Positions 46,400 to 54,098 of a stretch of 64,000 bases of DNA are shown one piece after another (the stretch's first letter is position 1; each line of letters begins with the position of its first letter). The notes beneath the pieces were generated by a model that was not told the origin of the DNA, ran no database searches, and saw only the letters and a program-made list of their open reading frames with translations. A program made the translations under genes and the position numbers. Source of the DNA: a virus; the IMG/VR virus record IMGVR_UViG_3300017613_002264, positions 1 to 64,000 of that record, one strand, 5' to 3'.

Positions 46400-47917
46400 T
46401 TACTCATTGTACGACCGGCGTCTCCGCCGGGGCAGTGGGTTTCTTCTACTCACTCGATCAGGAACGTTAATACCAACAAGTTCCTCATCGGGTTCTTCTT
46501 CGCCGATTCCTAATTCATAATCGTCATCGTCATCGTCATCGTCATCGTTAGAGGTATTGTGTTCCTGTTGTTCCTCGGCACTTTCATTGAAAGCATAATC
46601 GCCAAGGTTGTCAGGATTTCTACGTCCCTCAAACAATTGAGCACGAGAAAGAAAAAACCGAACGGCTTCGAGTTGTTCATTACTGCAACTACTCATTTCA
46701 ACTTCATGTAGTATTTCTTCTTCAGGTTCTTCTACTACTTCTGGAACTGACCGAGTAATTGGTATTTCTTCAATACCAATAGGGAGAAGTCTGAACTTCT
46801 TACGATTCTTAATAATATTAAAACCGTATCCCCATTTGTTGTTTTTAAGGTTGGTCAATTGGCCTGAGACAAACTTCTTTTGAGCCCCAGTTCTCAATGA
46901 TCCAAACTCCTCATTGAGGGCAGTTACAATTTTCTCTTTTGTAACCCAATCACTCAAAAGCATCCTTACAATCGCACCCGTTTTGGCGTGGACTTTAGGA
47001 GGCTTTTGTTTCTTAGCCTCAGGATGAATAAACTTCTGAGCAAACCTTGACCTAGCAACATACGAATGAGCGGACCTTATAAAGTCTTGTTCGTAATTTG
47101 GCTCATCCGAATCAGAACTACTCGGCGTTGCCCGTTGAAGGGTTCGCCGAACCTGAATAGAACTACTCTTTAAGGCATCAATAAATTCCTTAAAGGTTTT
47201 GGTATTACTGGAAACGACACCACCGCAAAGGGCAATGTCAAGCCAGCGTTGAGTAATCAGGATCCAAGTACTCACTTTAGGCCACTCAACTGTTCCCGAA
47301 TGCAATCGCCATTCGAGCGTATTTCTCATTGAGATGGATCTAAAATTGAGTGAAGATCGCCTATCGCCAATATTGTTTCCGTACCAATAAACTGCTTGAC
47401 TTTGGCACTCGGGAGGGTTTCCCCATTGTCTACAGTAAGTATTACTCAAACGACTATTTGGTAATGCGTAATAGAAAAACTTCTCATCTACTCGCCAAGC
47501 ATTTGCTACTTTTACCAATTGCTCATCTGTGCAACCGCCTACATAATGGTGAACATGAAAGCCACAAGTTCTACTCGCAGTAGCAAATGGAGAACCAAAT
47601 CCATCGTCTAAAGCCTTGCAGACTACTTGTACTGCTTTCATTCCTTCCGTGCCTTTCAATACCGGTGAGACAATCTCCATGTTATATGGAAACTGACTAC
47701 TCATGTTCTCATTGAGTGCAATCACTGACCCGTCAGGCTTGATATGCCAAGTTGACTCATTCGAGGCATCTGTATCATGACCATAGGAGCCGTCGACTAC
47801 TACTTGATGATTAATCATGTTGTCTGAGAAGAATTGTCTAATCCTCTCAGCCATACGATGATCGCCTACGGATGAGTGACACTCAATCTCAATACCGAAA
47901 GTTCGTTCTTCGTTCAT
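46400..47917 (-). CDS. amidoligase (Amidoligase_2 / glutamine-synthetase-like COOH-NH2 ligase family)
   Basis: FGIEIECH, W.IKPDGS, MEIVSPVL.G and CGFHVHHYVGG, as I recall for the family. A long C-terminal extension ends in an acidic-then-basic tail. Confidence 0.7.
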   Translation of the reverse strand: MNEERTFGIEIECHSSVGDHRMAERIRQFFSDNMINHQVVVDGSYGHDTDASNESTWHIKPDGSVIALNENMSSQFPYNMEIVSPVLKGTEGMKAVQVVCKALDDGFGSPFATASRTCGFHVHHYVGGCTDEQLVKVANAWRVDEKFFYYALPNSRLSNTYCRQWGNPPECQSQAVYWYGNNIGDRRSSLNFRSISMRNTLEWRLHSGTVEWPKVSTWILITQRWLDIALCGGVVSSNTKTFKEFIDALKSSSIQVRRTLQRATPSSSDSDEPNYEQDFIRSAHSYVARSRFAQKFIHPEAKKQKPPKVHAKTGAIVRMLLSDWVTKEKIVTALNEEFGSLRTGAQKKFVSGQLTNLKNNKWGYGFNIIKNRKKFRLLPIGIEEIPITRSVPEVVEEPEEEILHEVEMSSCSNEQLEAVRFFLSRAQLFEGRRNPDNLGDYAFNESAEEQQEHNTSNDDDDDDDDDYELGIGEEEPDEELVGINVPDRVSRRNPLPRRRRRSYNE

Positions 47918-47967
47918 TTTGTCCTCCTTGTTGTTATTAAATATTTTCTCCAGTTTAAATCAAATCT

Positions 47968-48010
47968 CCAATGAGTACTACGAGCGATTACTCACTCGTA
48001 GTACCGATGA
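47968..48010 (-). repeat. intergenic hairpin element, copy 7
   Basis: CCAATGA GTACTACGA gcgattactcac TCGTAGTAC CGATGA. Lies 9 nt downstream of the stop at 48020. Confidence 0.9.
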
Positions 48011-48019
48011 TCATTTGAT

Positions 48020-48901
48020 CTACTCACCATGAACTACTCGTTTGGGATTGTTACCGATTGCCGTTGCCGGAGCAGGAACTCCAGTAACGTCAGGGTAATG
48101 CTCAAACTCGTATGTCTCTTCTGCATCATAGTCAACGGGTTCAACTACTTCAATTACCGGATCTTCTTCGTACCGGCCGAGGTTTTTGAACTCGAGTGTA
48201 TTAAGGTCAACGGTGTACATATGTAAAGGCTTAGTGAAAAAAGACTTTACTTTTTTGACCTTAATGTTGGTAAGACCGGCCGCGTTGGTGTATTGGATTG
48301 TATCTTGAACAAGTTGCTTAGTAGAACAAAATACTCGCACGCCCAAGGTCTTTCTCAAATCCATAATGCACATAGGCCGATGAAGGTCACGCGCAAAGAG
48401 TAATTCTCTATTAGCGAAGTTCATTGCCACCATTGAGTAGCATTCAACTTCTGAAAGAATTTCTTTTACGAATCCCTTCTTCTCAACACATCTAAAAAAT
48501 GCTTCCGTATCCGACTCACCCTCAATTTTCGATTTTACTCGATGAGTAGTTGCCAGTTCAAAAGCCTCAGTCATGGTGCCGTTGTGGACTATCGCCCACT
48601 CATCGCCGACATATGGCTGAGTATTTAATGTATTGACCGTACCTACACTCGCGTTCCGGTTGTGGCCGACGAATACTTGACATTGTTTATTTACTACACT
48701 GTCTCGGTAATACTCACTTCTCTCATAGAATTCTGATGCTTTCACCGCCGACTTCTCAGTGATCAATTCTGAATCACTTGTGGCGAAAAAACCAGTTCCA
48801 TCAATTCCCCTTGCTTCGGAAACGACGGCCAGGATTCTCATGAATTTTGCGAGTACATCCGCATTCTTCGGCTTTCCTACATAACCATAGATACCGCACA
48901 T
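48020..48901 (-). CDS. class II (Ntn) glutamine amidotransferase
   Basis: MCGIYGY (N-terminal nucleophile Cys), VGHNRNASVG, IVHNGT and ESDTEAFF. Confidence 0.8.
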   Translation of the reverse strand: MCGIYGYVGKPKNADVLAKFMRILAVVSEARGIDGTGFFATSDSELITEKSAVKASEFYERSEYYRDSVVNKQCQVFVGHNRNASVGTVNTLNTQPYVGDEWAIVHNGTMTEAFELATTHRVKSKIEGESDTEAFFRCVEKKGFVKEILSEVECYSMVAMNFANRELLFARDLHRPMCIMDLRKTLGVRVFCSTKQLVQDTIQYTNAAGLTNIKVKKVKSFFTKPLHMYTVDLNTLEFKNLGRYEEDPVIEVVEPVDYDAEETYEFEHYPDVTGVPAPATAIGNNPKRVVHGE

Positions 48902-48969
48902 ATTGTCCTCCTTTTGCCGAGATAATACTCGGCGTTTATAAAATTAAACTACTACGTACATTCAAGCCT

Positions 48970-49012
48970 CCAATGAGTACTACGAACAACTACTCATTCG
49001 TAGTACCGATGA
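48970..49012 (-). repeat. intergenic hairpin element, copy 8
   Basis: CCAATGA GTACTACGA acaactactcat TCGTAGTAC CGATGA. Lies between IR arm 49026-49054 and the GATase gene. Confidence 0.9.
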
Positions 49013-49025
49013 TAACTTGAATTTG

Positions 49026-49054
49026 ATTAAACAATTTATTTCGAGGGCCGAGTA
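49026..49054. repeat. left arm of inverted repeat bracketing ORF 49060-49326
   Basis: ATTAAACAATTTATTTCGAGGGCCGAGTA. The first 18 nt are a perfect reverse complement of 49350-49367. There are 3 mismatches over 29 nt. Confidence 0.85.
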
Positions 49055-49059
49055 TTTGT

Positions 49060-49326
49060 TTAGGGTCTATTTTTCATATGATAGAAACATACATCTAATT
49101 CTTTACTTTTTGTATGAACCATATTGAATGAGTATTCGAGATTTTCTGCTCCCCAATTCTTAACATGTTTTACTCGTTTGACCGGGCTATCTTTGTCAAC
49201 TACTACATGCACAGGGGAATTGCAATACAGACACTTTTTTGTGATGATATGCGGGCCGTGTTGAATCCGACGCAATACTCGTCGTCGCCTACTTGGTCGT
49301 TGATTTGATCTATATAATCGTCGCAT
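49060..49326 (-). CDS. small basic Cys-containing protein bracketed by a 29-bp inverted repeat
   Basis: 88 aa with an Arg-rich N-terminus and CLYC. Flanked by the IR arms at 49026-49054 and 49339-49367. Confidence 0.45.
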   Translation of the reverse strand: MRRLYRSNQRPSRRRRVLRRIQHGPHIITKKCLYCNSPVHVVVDKDSPVKRVKHVKNWGAENLEYSFNMVHTKSKELDVCFYHMKNRP

Positions 49327-49338
49327 AGATTACTCCTT

Positions 49339-49367
49339 TACTCAGCCGCCGAAATAAATTGTTTAAT
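49339..49367. repeat. right arm of inverted repeat bracketing ORF 49060-49326
   Basis: TACTCAGCCGCCGAAATAAATTGTTTAAT. Two of the three mismatches become G-U pairs only in the minus-sense RNA. Confidence 0.85.
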
Positions 49368-50379
49368 AAATTATAGCAGGCAGTGAGTAGTTCACATTGA
49401 CTTTCCTAGGTCTTAATATGCCCAGTACTATGCAATCCAAACAACCCACTACCCATGCTATAACGGCCTATCCATGAATTACTCATTAGACAATACCAAC
49501 ACGTTTCGCCCTCTAGTATATTTTTATATTGAGACTACTGTATTGGCGGAAATTTAATGAGTAAAACACTTCTAGTACCACGGACTTTATAGGGCCGACT
49601 TTCGTCTTTTCCGCTACCGCGATTCTACTCACTGCGAATTTACTATAGCGGTCAATTTTTCATGCTCAATTTTTAGACATTACTATCATGACCATTGCAT
49701 TTCAATTCGGTACGCCTACAGTGTTTACTCGCCTGCCGTTCCCTAGAGATTTTGGAGGTGCGGGATTATGAACTAAACCACCTAAGGAGGAGGAGGGCGG
49801 TGGATTTATTTTGTCCTAACGGGTTATGGCATTTGATTACTCATTCAGTTGGATGAATTATGCCGTCGGGAGTATCATGTAGGATTTCGTTTTTGAATCG
49901 TGCAACCTTTGTATGTAGTATTTTTCCGCTGATGATCATTCCCTACATACCGAGTAGTAGTTGCCATATACTCGACGTGGCGAATTTTGTTTCATTAAAG
50001 TCTCGCTACCACGATTAATTTTTTATTGGGATATTTAAAACCCCTTCCGACATGGTATTGGATTTCCATTTCGCCTACATCAATTATTAATGTCTACATC
50101 AAAAGACGATGCATCCTATTGCTCAGCGGTTATCAAAATGAGTAGTACTCATTAAGGAATGTTTTCCATACCTAGAAAGCCACCATGTCAGGTGCGGATG
50201 TTTTGAACCGGCCAGCTCCAGAGGGGATTTTGAAAAAATGAGTAAAACAAAATACTCGCAAAAGCCCGTGGGCGGCGGCCCCAACCAAACAACCGAATAT
50301 GTAAAAGAACTCAAAATCAGTGCATTTGTAACATTTTCAGGGACTTAAGTCAACCCCTTTTTTTCATGGGGAAGCCTCC

Positions 50380-50401
50380 AGGCCCAGAGTTGGGCTTTTT
50401 T
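50380..50401 (+). terminator. weak intrinsic-terminator-like hairpin on the + strand inside the ORF-free region
   Basis: AGGCCCA gagt TGGGCTT followed by a T-run (tttttt). The stem is short. Confidence 0.3.
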
Positions 50402-50671
50402 CACTCCTAACACGTTGAATTTATTGCATAAAATAGGGGCAAAATAAATGCAAAAAAAATGAAAAAAAGTGCGTTTTTTACCTTTCTAAGAGCATGATTT
50501 CATTGGGAAAAATGGCGGGTGTAGGTAGGTGATTTTATTAGGGAAAAGGAGTACCACAGGGTAGGGAATTAGCGGAAAATGGGCAAAAAAGGGCGATTTT
50601 AGCGGCTCTACTCATTTTTCGCCCATTTCTGGCCATATATAGCGGAACTACTCATTCGTCAAATAATGGAA

Positions 50672-50881
50672 CTACTCATCAAAGTCTCTATCTATATCAT
50701 CTACATCGTAAATGCCCATCAATTTATCATACTCTTCTTGATGATTTGTTATGATATGATCCATCAAGACATTGTAGTTATCTTTTTTTCCGCCGTATGA
50801 TAAAGTTCTCACTCGAGGGCAACTCCATCCGCAGAATTTACAGACATAATTATATTTTGGATTACTCATACCGTAACCCAT
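50672..50881 (-). CDS. small Cys-containing protein
   Basis: 69 aa with CKFCGWSC. Confidence 0.4.
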   Translation of the reverse strand: MGYGMSNPKYNYVCKFCGWSCPRVRTLSYGGKKDNYNVLMDHIITNHQEEYDKLMGIYDVDDIDRDFDE

Positions 50882-51393
50882 CCCTCATATTCCGACCAAC
50901 ACTCAGGACAACATGAGTGTTCTACATCGAAAGTAGTCTTATGAACTTTGCAACTCCAAATAGTATTTTCTACATATTCAAATCTCTCTTCTTGAATTTT
51001 ATCGAAGTAGCACATGCCCCTCATCTCCCCGTCAGAAGCACCATTATATTCTTGATCATAATTGATCAAATCTCCGAGGCTGTAGAATATAGGAATATTC
51101 AATCTATTCGCCACTACTATTTCTTTCATCACGCCTTTACTCACTCCGATTTCATGAACCAACATATAGTCGGATACTTCCAACCACGCCATTGAGTAGT
51201 CGTAATAGTTGCCTACATTCAACTTCTCATTGCGTTGCAACATCAAAGAGAAATGATAATCCAACCACGGAACAAATGGAGCATATCCTTTGAGTAGTAC
51301 TCGAACTCCAACCCTCATTCCCCGTCTCATGTTATCAAGTACAGATATCACATTGTCTGCCGAATACGGTCCGGCCACGTATACTTTTCTCAT
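50866..51393 (-). CDS. nucleoside 2-deoxyribosyltransferase-like (DUF4406-type) protein with C-terminal Cys cluster
   Basis: MRKVYVAGPYSADN.. at the N-terminus. The C-terminus carries CKVH...CCPEC. Confidence 0.45.
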   Translation of the reverse strand: MRKVYVAGPYSADNVISVLDNMRRGMRVGVRVLLKGYAPFVPWLDYHFSLMLQRNEKLNVGNYYDYSMAWLEVSDYMLVHEIGVSKGVMKEIVVANRLNIPIFYSLGDLINYDQEYNGASDGEMRGMCYFDKIQEERFEYVENTIWSCKVHKTTFDVEHSCCPECWSEYEGWVTV

Positions 51394-51752
51394 ATTGTTG
51401 TCCTCCCTTCTTCGTCTATTATTGAGTTCCCGATATGGGCTTCCTTAAACCATCTTGTGTAGTAGTTTCGTTTTCTCTCTACTACAAACGCTCCTGCTGT
51501 GTCCTCATGAGATAAGCATAAGTTGTGCCTATTAAAAACCTCCTCGATATCATTAAGGAAATATTCTACTTCAGCACACGTTATCATTTGTCTCATCGCC
51601 ATACTATACCTCGGTGTTATTGGTACATACTCATCATCTACTTCTTCTTTCCTCCTTTGTTTATAGGCGTTCACAACGACGCATACTCCTCCAAAGATAA
51701 CACAACAAACGATTGCCACAATAACAAGTACTACTATTCCTACGTCACTCAT
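51390..51752 (-). CDS. membrane protein (single N-terminal TM helix)
   Basis: GIVVLVIVAIVCCVIFGGVCVVV. Confidence 0.45.
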   Translation of the reverse strand: MSDVGIVVLVIVAIVCCVIFGGVCVVVNAYKQRRKEEVDDEYVPITPRYSMAMRQMITCAEVEYFLNDIEEVFNRHNLCLSHEDTAGAFVVERKRNYYTRWFKEAHIGNSIIDEEGRTTI

Positions 51753-51870
51753 TACTCATCCTCCTTTCATGAGTTTATTTAGCTTTCATAATATATGCCG
51801 AAAACCTATATTTCTGAGGTTTTCAAGAGTGCGATTTCATCAAGATCATATGGCGCATACTTTAATCTAC

Positions 51871-52041
51871 TCATAGTTCACATGATGTACTACTCATAAT
51901 ACCATTGCATACAACGCACTTAACTTCTAAATACATTGTATCTTCGCCATGAGGGATATCTAAAGGGTAATACTCAAGTACTATCGCTTCTTCAAACCCG
52001 CACTTATCGCAGTTAGTTACTATTCTATCTCCTCTTTTCAA
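51871..52041 (-). CDS. 56-aa Zn-ribbon ORF not in the supplied track (TTG start)
   Basis: Translated by hand: (M)KRGDRIVTNCDKCGFEEAIVLEYYPLDIPHGEDTMYLEVKCVVCNGIMSSTSCEL. AAGGAG lies 8 nt upstream of the TTG. Confidence 0.3.
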   Translation of the reverse strand: MKRGDRIVTNCDKCGFEEAIVLEYYPLDIPHGEDTMYLEVKCVVCNGIMSSTSCEL

Positions 52042-52045
52042 TTAC

Positions 52046-52201
52046 TCATCTCCTTAAGTTTATCTTATGACCACAATGAACACATATATATCCGAACTTC
52101 TTTTTTACCAAAGCCTTATCTTTAAGGCATTTACTACATTGACCTTCTTTACTCATCTCCATCTTCATCCTTTTCGTCAACTTCTCTTTTCTCTTTGCCA
52201 T
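52046..52201 (-). CDS. 51-aa Zn-ribbon ORF not in the supplied track
   Basis: Translated by hand: MAKRKEKLTKRMKMEMSKEGQCSKCLKDKALVKKKFGYICVHCGHKINLRR. AAAGGAGG lies 5 nt upstream. Confidence 0.4.
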   Translation of the reverse strand: MAKRKEKLTKRMKMEMSKEGQCSKCLKDKALVKKKFGYICVHCGHKINLRR

Positions 52202-52354
52202 AATACCTCCTTTGAATTAATAGATAACCACGCCTACCCTCAAGATCTTCTACAATGAATGCTAAACAAAATAGACAAGATTCTTGAGGATAGACGCAAC
52301 TACTGCCCGGTTAAGGGTCGTCTACATATTGTCCTCCTATTGTTATGAGTAATA

Positions 52355-52666
52355 CTAATCGCCATAATAATATCTATAATCGGCTTCTGTCCATGTCTCA
52401 TCAAACGGCGACTCCTCATCTATCTCTAGACTACTCAAATGTCGCCGCCTTAGATTATCTTCTATAAATAATACATCAAGAATATTCTCATGATCATAAA
52501 GCCACTGCTCCCGTTTCAATTCTCTTTCAAGGATATCGTACGGCTCACCATCTGATCTAAATAGACATTGACTTGATATAGGCATACTACTTATCTCACT
52601 TCTCCAATAGCGCCAAGGAATACAACAAATACCTCTATTTCTAATCCGTTGTCTTAGCGATATCAC
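52355..52666 (-). CDS. hypothetical protein
   Basis: 103-aa ORF with no named motif. Confidence 0.4.
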   Translation of the reverse strand: MISLRQRIRNRGICCIPWRYWRSEISSMPISSQCLFRSDGEPYDILERELKREQWLYDHENILDVLFIEDNLRRRHLSSLEIDEESPFDETWTEADYRYYYGD

Positions 52667-52832
52667 TGGAAGTTTCTTTCTTGATTATCTCATCTAATTG
52701 AGCAAATGTCTCTTCTACTCGCGCAGAAACAGATAACATTTTCTTCATTTGTATTTCCAACTGTCCTGCCGTAAATAATAGGGTATGTAGTTTCTTTCTA
52801 TACTCCTTCTCTAACTCCTCATTAGTAAACAT
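52641..52832 (-). CDS. hypothetical protein, first gene of the leftward block
   Basis: 63-aa ORF with AAAGGAG RBS, next to the divergent intergenic region. Confidence 0.4.
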   Translation of the reverse strand: MFTNEELEKEYRKKLHTLLFTAGQLEIQMKKMLSVSARVEETFAQLDEIIKKETSSDIAKTTD

Positions 52833-53050
52833 GTCTACTCCTTTTTAATATAAAATAATTGGTTTACCCAATATTGCCTGATACTACTCGTTGCTACCTG
52901 TAGAACCCCATTCTATAAGGGTTTATAACCTGACTTGGTACTATTTTAATTGTAACATATTTTATCACCAAACTGATATTTAATTTTAACTTTATTAATT
53001 TAAAAAAGGATGGTATTATAAAGGTAATAAATAACAACTTTGAGGTACTG
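52833..53050. promoter_or_regulatory. AT-rich divergent intergenic region between the leftward and rightward gene blocks
   Basis: A 218-bp gap from which transcription must diverge, since the gene on each side reads away from it. There are several TATAAT-like hexamers, but I could not fix a unique -35/-10 pair. Confidence 0.4.
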
Positions 53051-53767
53051 ATGAAACGTCTACGTAGAAATAAGAAAATACTCAAGCGCTTGCCAAGAAG
53101 GACAATGGTTCAACGCTTTGTGAGTACTCGGGGCTCATATATCGGCGATGGTGATGATCCCAATAAGCGGCTCACAAGGCTTCAAGCGAGGATGGTTGAG
53201 GAGTATGTAAAGGATTTCAACGGGTATAGGTCTTACTGCTCCGCCGGAGGAAAAGCGAGGAATGCAGCCGGTCGGGCGTGCGCCTCTCAAATACTTTCTT
53301 ACGCCCACGTACAAGCCCACATAAAGGAAAAGCAAAGAGAAATGCGTGAGAAGAGTGGAATTGAAGCGATGGACGTTATAAAGGAGTTAATGAGGATAGG
53401 CTTCGCCGACATGACCGACTTTGCTTCATGGACTTCCGGAATGGTAACACTCAAATCCTCAGAAGATCTTTCCTCATCCCTAACATGCGCCGTACAAGAG
53501 ATTACTGAAACTCCCGCCAAGTTCGGAAGTACCGTTAAAATCAAACTCCACCCAAAGATATCCGCACTCAAAATGCTCGGAGAACATCTCAACCTATTCA
53601 CCAAAGAGAAGATGGCCGATGAGGAAGGCGCGGAGGATAAGGCCCAGAAGATAAGGAAAGCAGTAAACGACATCTTCTCATCGGTACCTAACGCCCCTAT
53701 TGAAAAAGTAAAGACGAAAGCCAAAATACTTAAACTCACAAAGACAAAGGAGAAGAACGATGGCTAA
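53051..53767 (+). CDS. terS: terminase small subunit (Terminase_2-like)
   Basis: LTRLQARMVEEYVKDFNGYRSYCSAGGKARNAAGRACASQILSYAHVQAHI fits the small-terminase HTH region. It is the first gene of the rightward block, with terL 1.3 kb downstream. Confidence 0.7.
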   Translation: MKRLRRNKKILKRLPRRTMVQRFVSTRGSYIGDGDDPNKRLTRLQARMVEEYVKDFNGYRSYCSAGGKARNAAGRACASQILSYAHVQAHIKEKQREMREKSGIEAMDVIKELMRIGFADMTDFASWTSGMVTLKSSEDLSSSLTCAVQEITETPAKFGSTVKIKLHPKISALKMLGEHLNLFTKEKMADEEGAEDKAQKIRKAVNDIFSSVPNAPIEKVKTKAKILKLTKTKEKNDG

Positions 53768-54074
53768 AGGCAAGAAAGGCGGCGGTCGGAAAGTGAGTAT
53801 TACTCCACGTCAGCGAGCGGCACGTCGAAAGAACATGGCTATTGCAAGAGCCGCAAGATCACGGTACTCCAAGGCCGGAGGTGTTTTGAAGAGTGTTGGT
53901 AGGAAAGCCACCTCAATCGGAGGAAAGAATTTTCTGGAAGCCGCGTCTATGGGAAAAAGTAAACGTGGCGGCAGATTGTTCTCTACTATGGGTCATACCA
54001 GAAGAATCACTTCAGGCTTGAAAAAGGCCGGCGTTAGTTTCAAAAGGAAAGGCCAGATTATCCGTATCCAGTAA
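53760..54074 (+). CDS. small basic protein, distant member of the RAATKGLRP family
   Basis: 104 aa. The KVSITPRQRAARRKNMAIARAARSR segment parallels ..TITGAQRKARKINIAVARKAKK in the three close paralogues. Confidence 0.5.
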   Translation: MAKGKKGGGRKVSITPRQRAARRKNMAIARAARSRYSKAGGVLKSVGRKATSIGGKNFLEAASMGKSKRGGRLFSTMGHTRRITSGLKKAGVSFKRKGQIIRIQ

Positions 54075-54098
54075 ACTACCATGAATGAAGGGTCTACA

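Larger units (their letters stand above)
49327..50671. other. 1.35-kb ORF-free region inside the leftward block
   Basis: The track shows only one isolated 63-aa ORF here. The region is dense in TACTC/GAGTA and has repeated (A/T)TACTCAT, AATGAGTAAAAC (x2) and TAGCGG motifs, with an A/G-rich 3' third. Confidence 0.7.

Noticed and set aside
40222-49012. CRISPR array or integron attC array as an explanation for the eight repeats
   Set aside because: Spacing is irregular (about 0.6-2.8 kb) and whole genes lie between copies, so this is not a CRISPR array. No cas or integrase gene is present. The conserved flanks are near-direct repeats (TCATCGG / TCATTGG), not the inverse core sites expected of attC.
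40222-49012. The hairpin 3' flank TTGGAG acting as a -35 box of a promoter
   Set aside because: The distance to, and quality of, any -10-like hexamer differ in every copy (spacers from about 13 to 21 nt, and none in copy 6). I do not call promoters here.
50123-50314. 63-aa - strand ORF in the track
   Set aside because: It is isolated, has no RBS and is not coupled to its neighbours, unlike every other gene in the block.
50238-50348. 36-aa + strand ORF (MSKTKYSQKPVGGGPNQTTEYVKELKISAFVTFSGT) upstream of the terminator-like hairpin
   Set aside because: It has no convincing RBS and is very short. The ATGAGTAAAAC start is one of the over-represented words, so an ATG here is expected by chance. 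I kept it only as a note within the ORF-free-region finding.
49327-50671. tRNA genes or a recoded (stop-reassigned) gene hidden in the ORF-free region
   Set aside because: I found no GGTTCGAAT-type T-arm or cloverleaf by eye. TAA, TGA and TAG each terminate well-supported genes elsewhere, for example at 1402, 2502 and 44859, so a reassigned code is unlikely. A tRNAscan or Infernal run would settle this.
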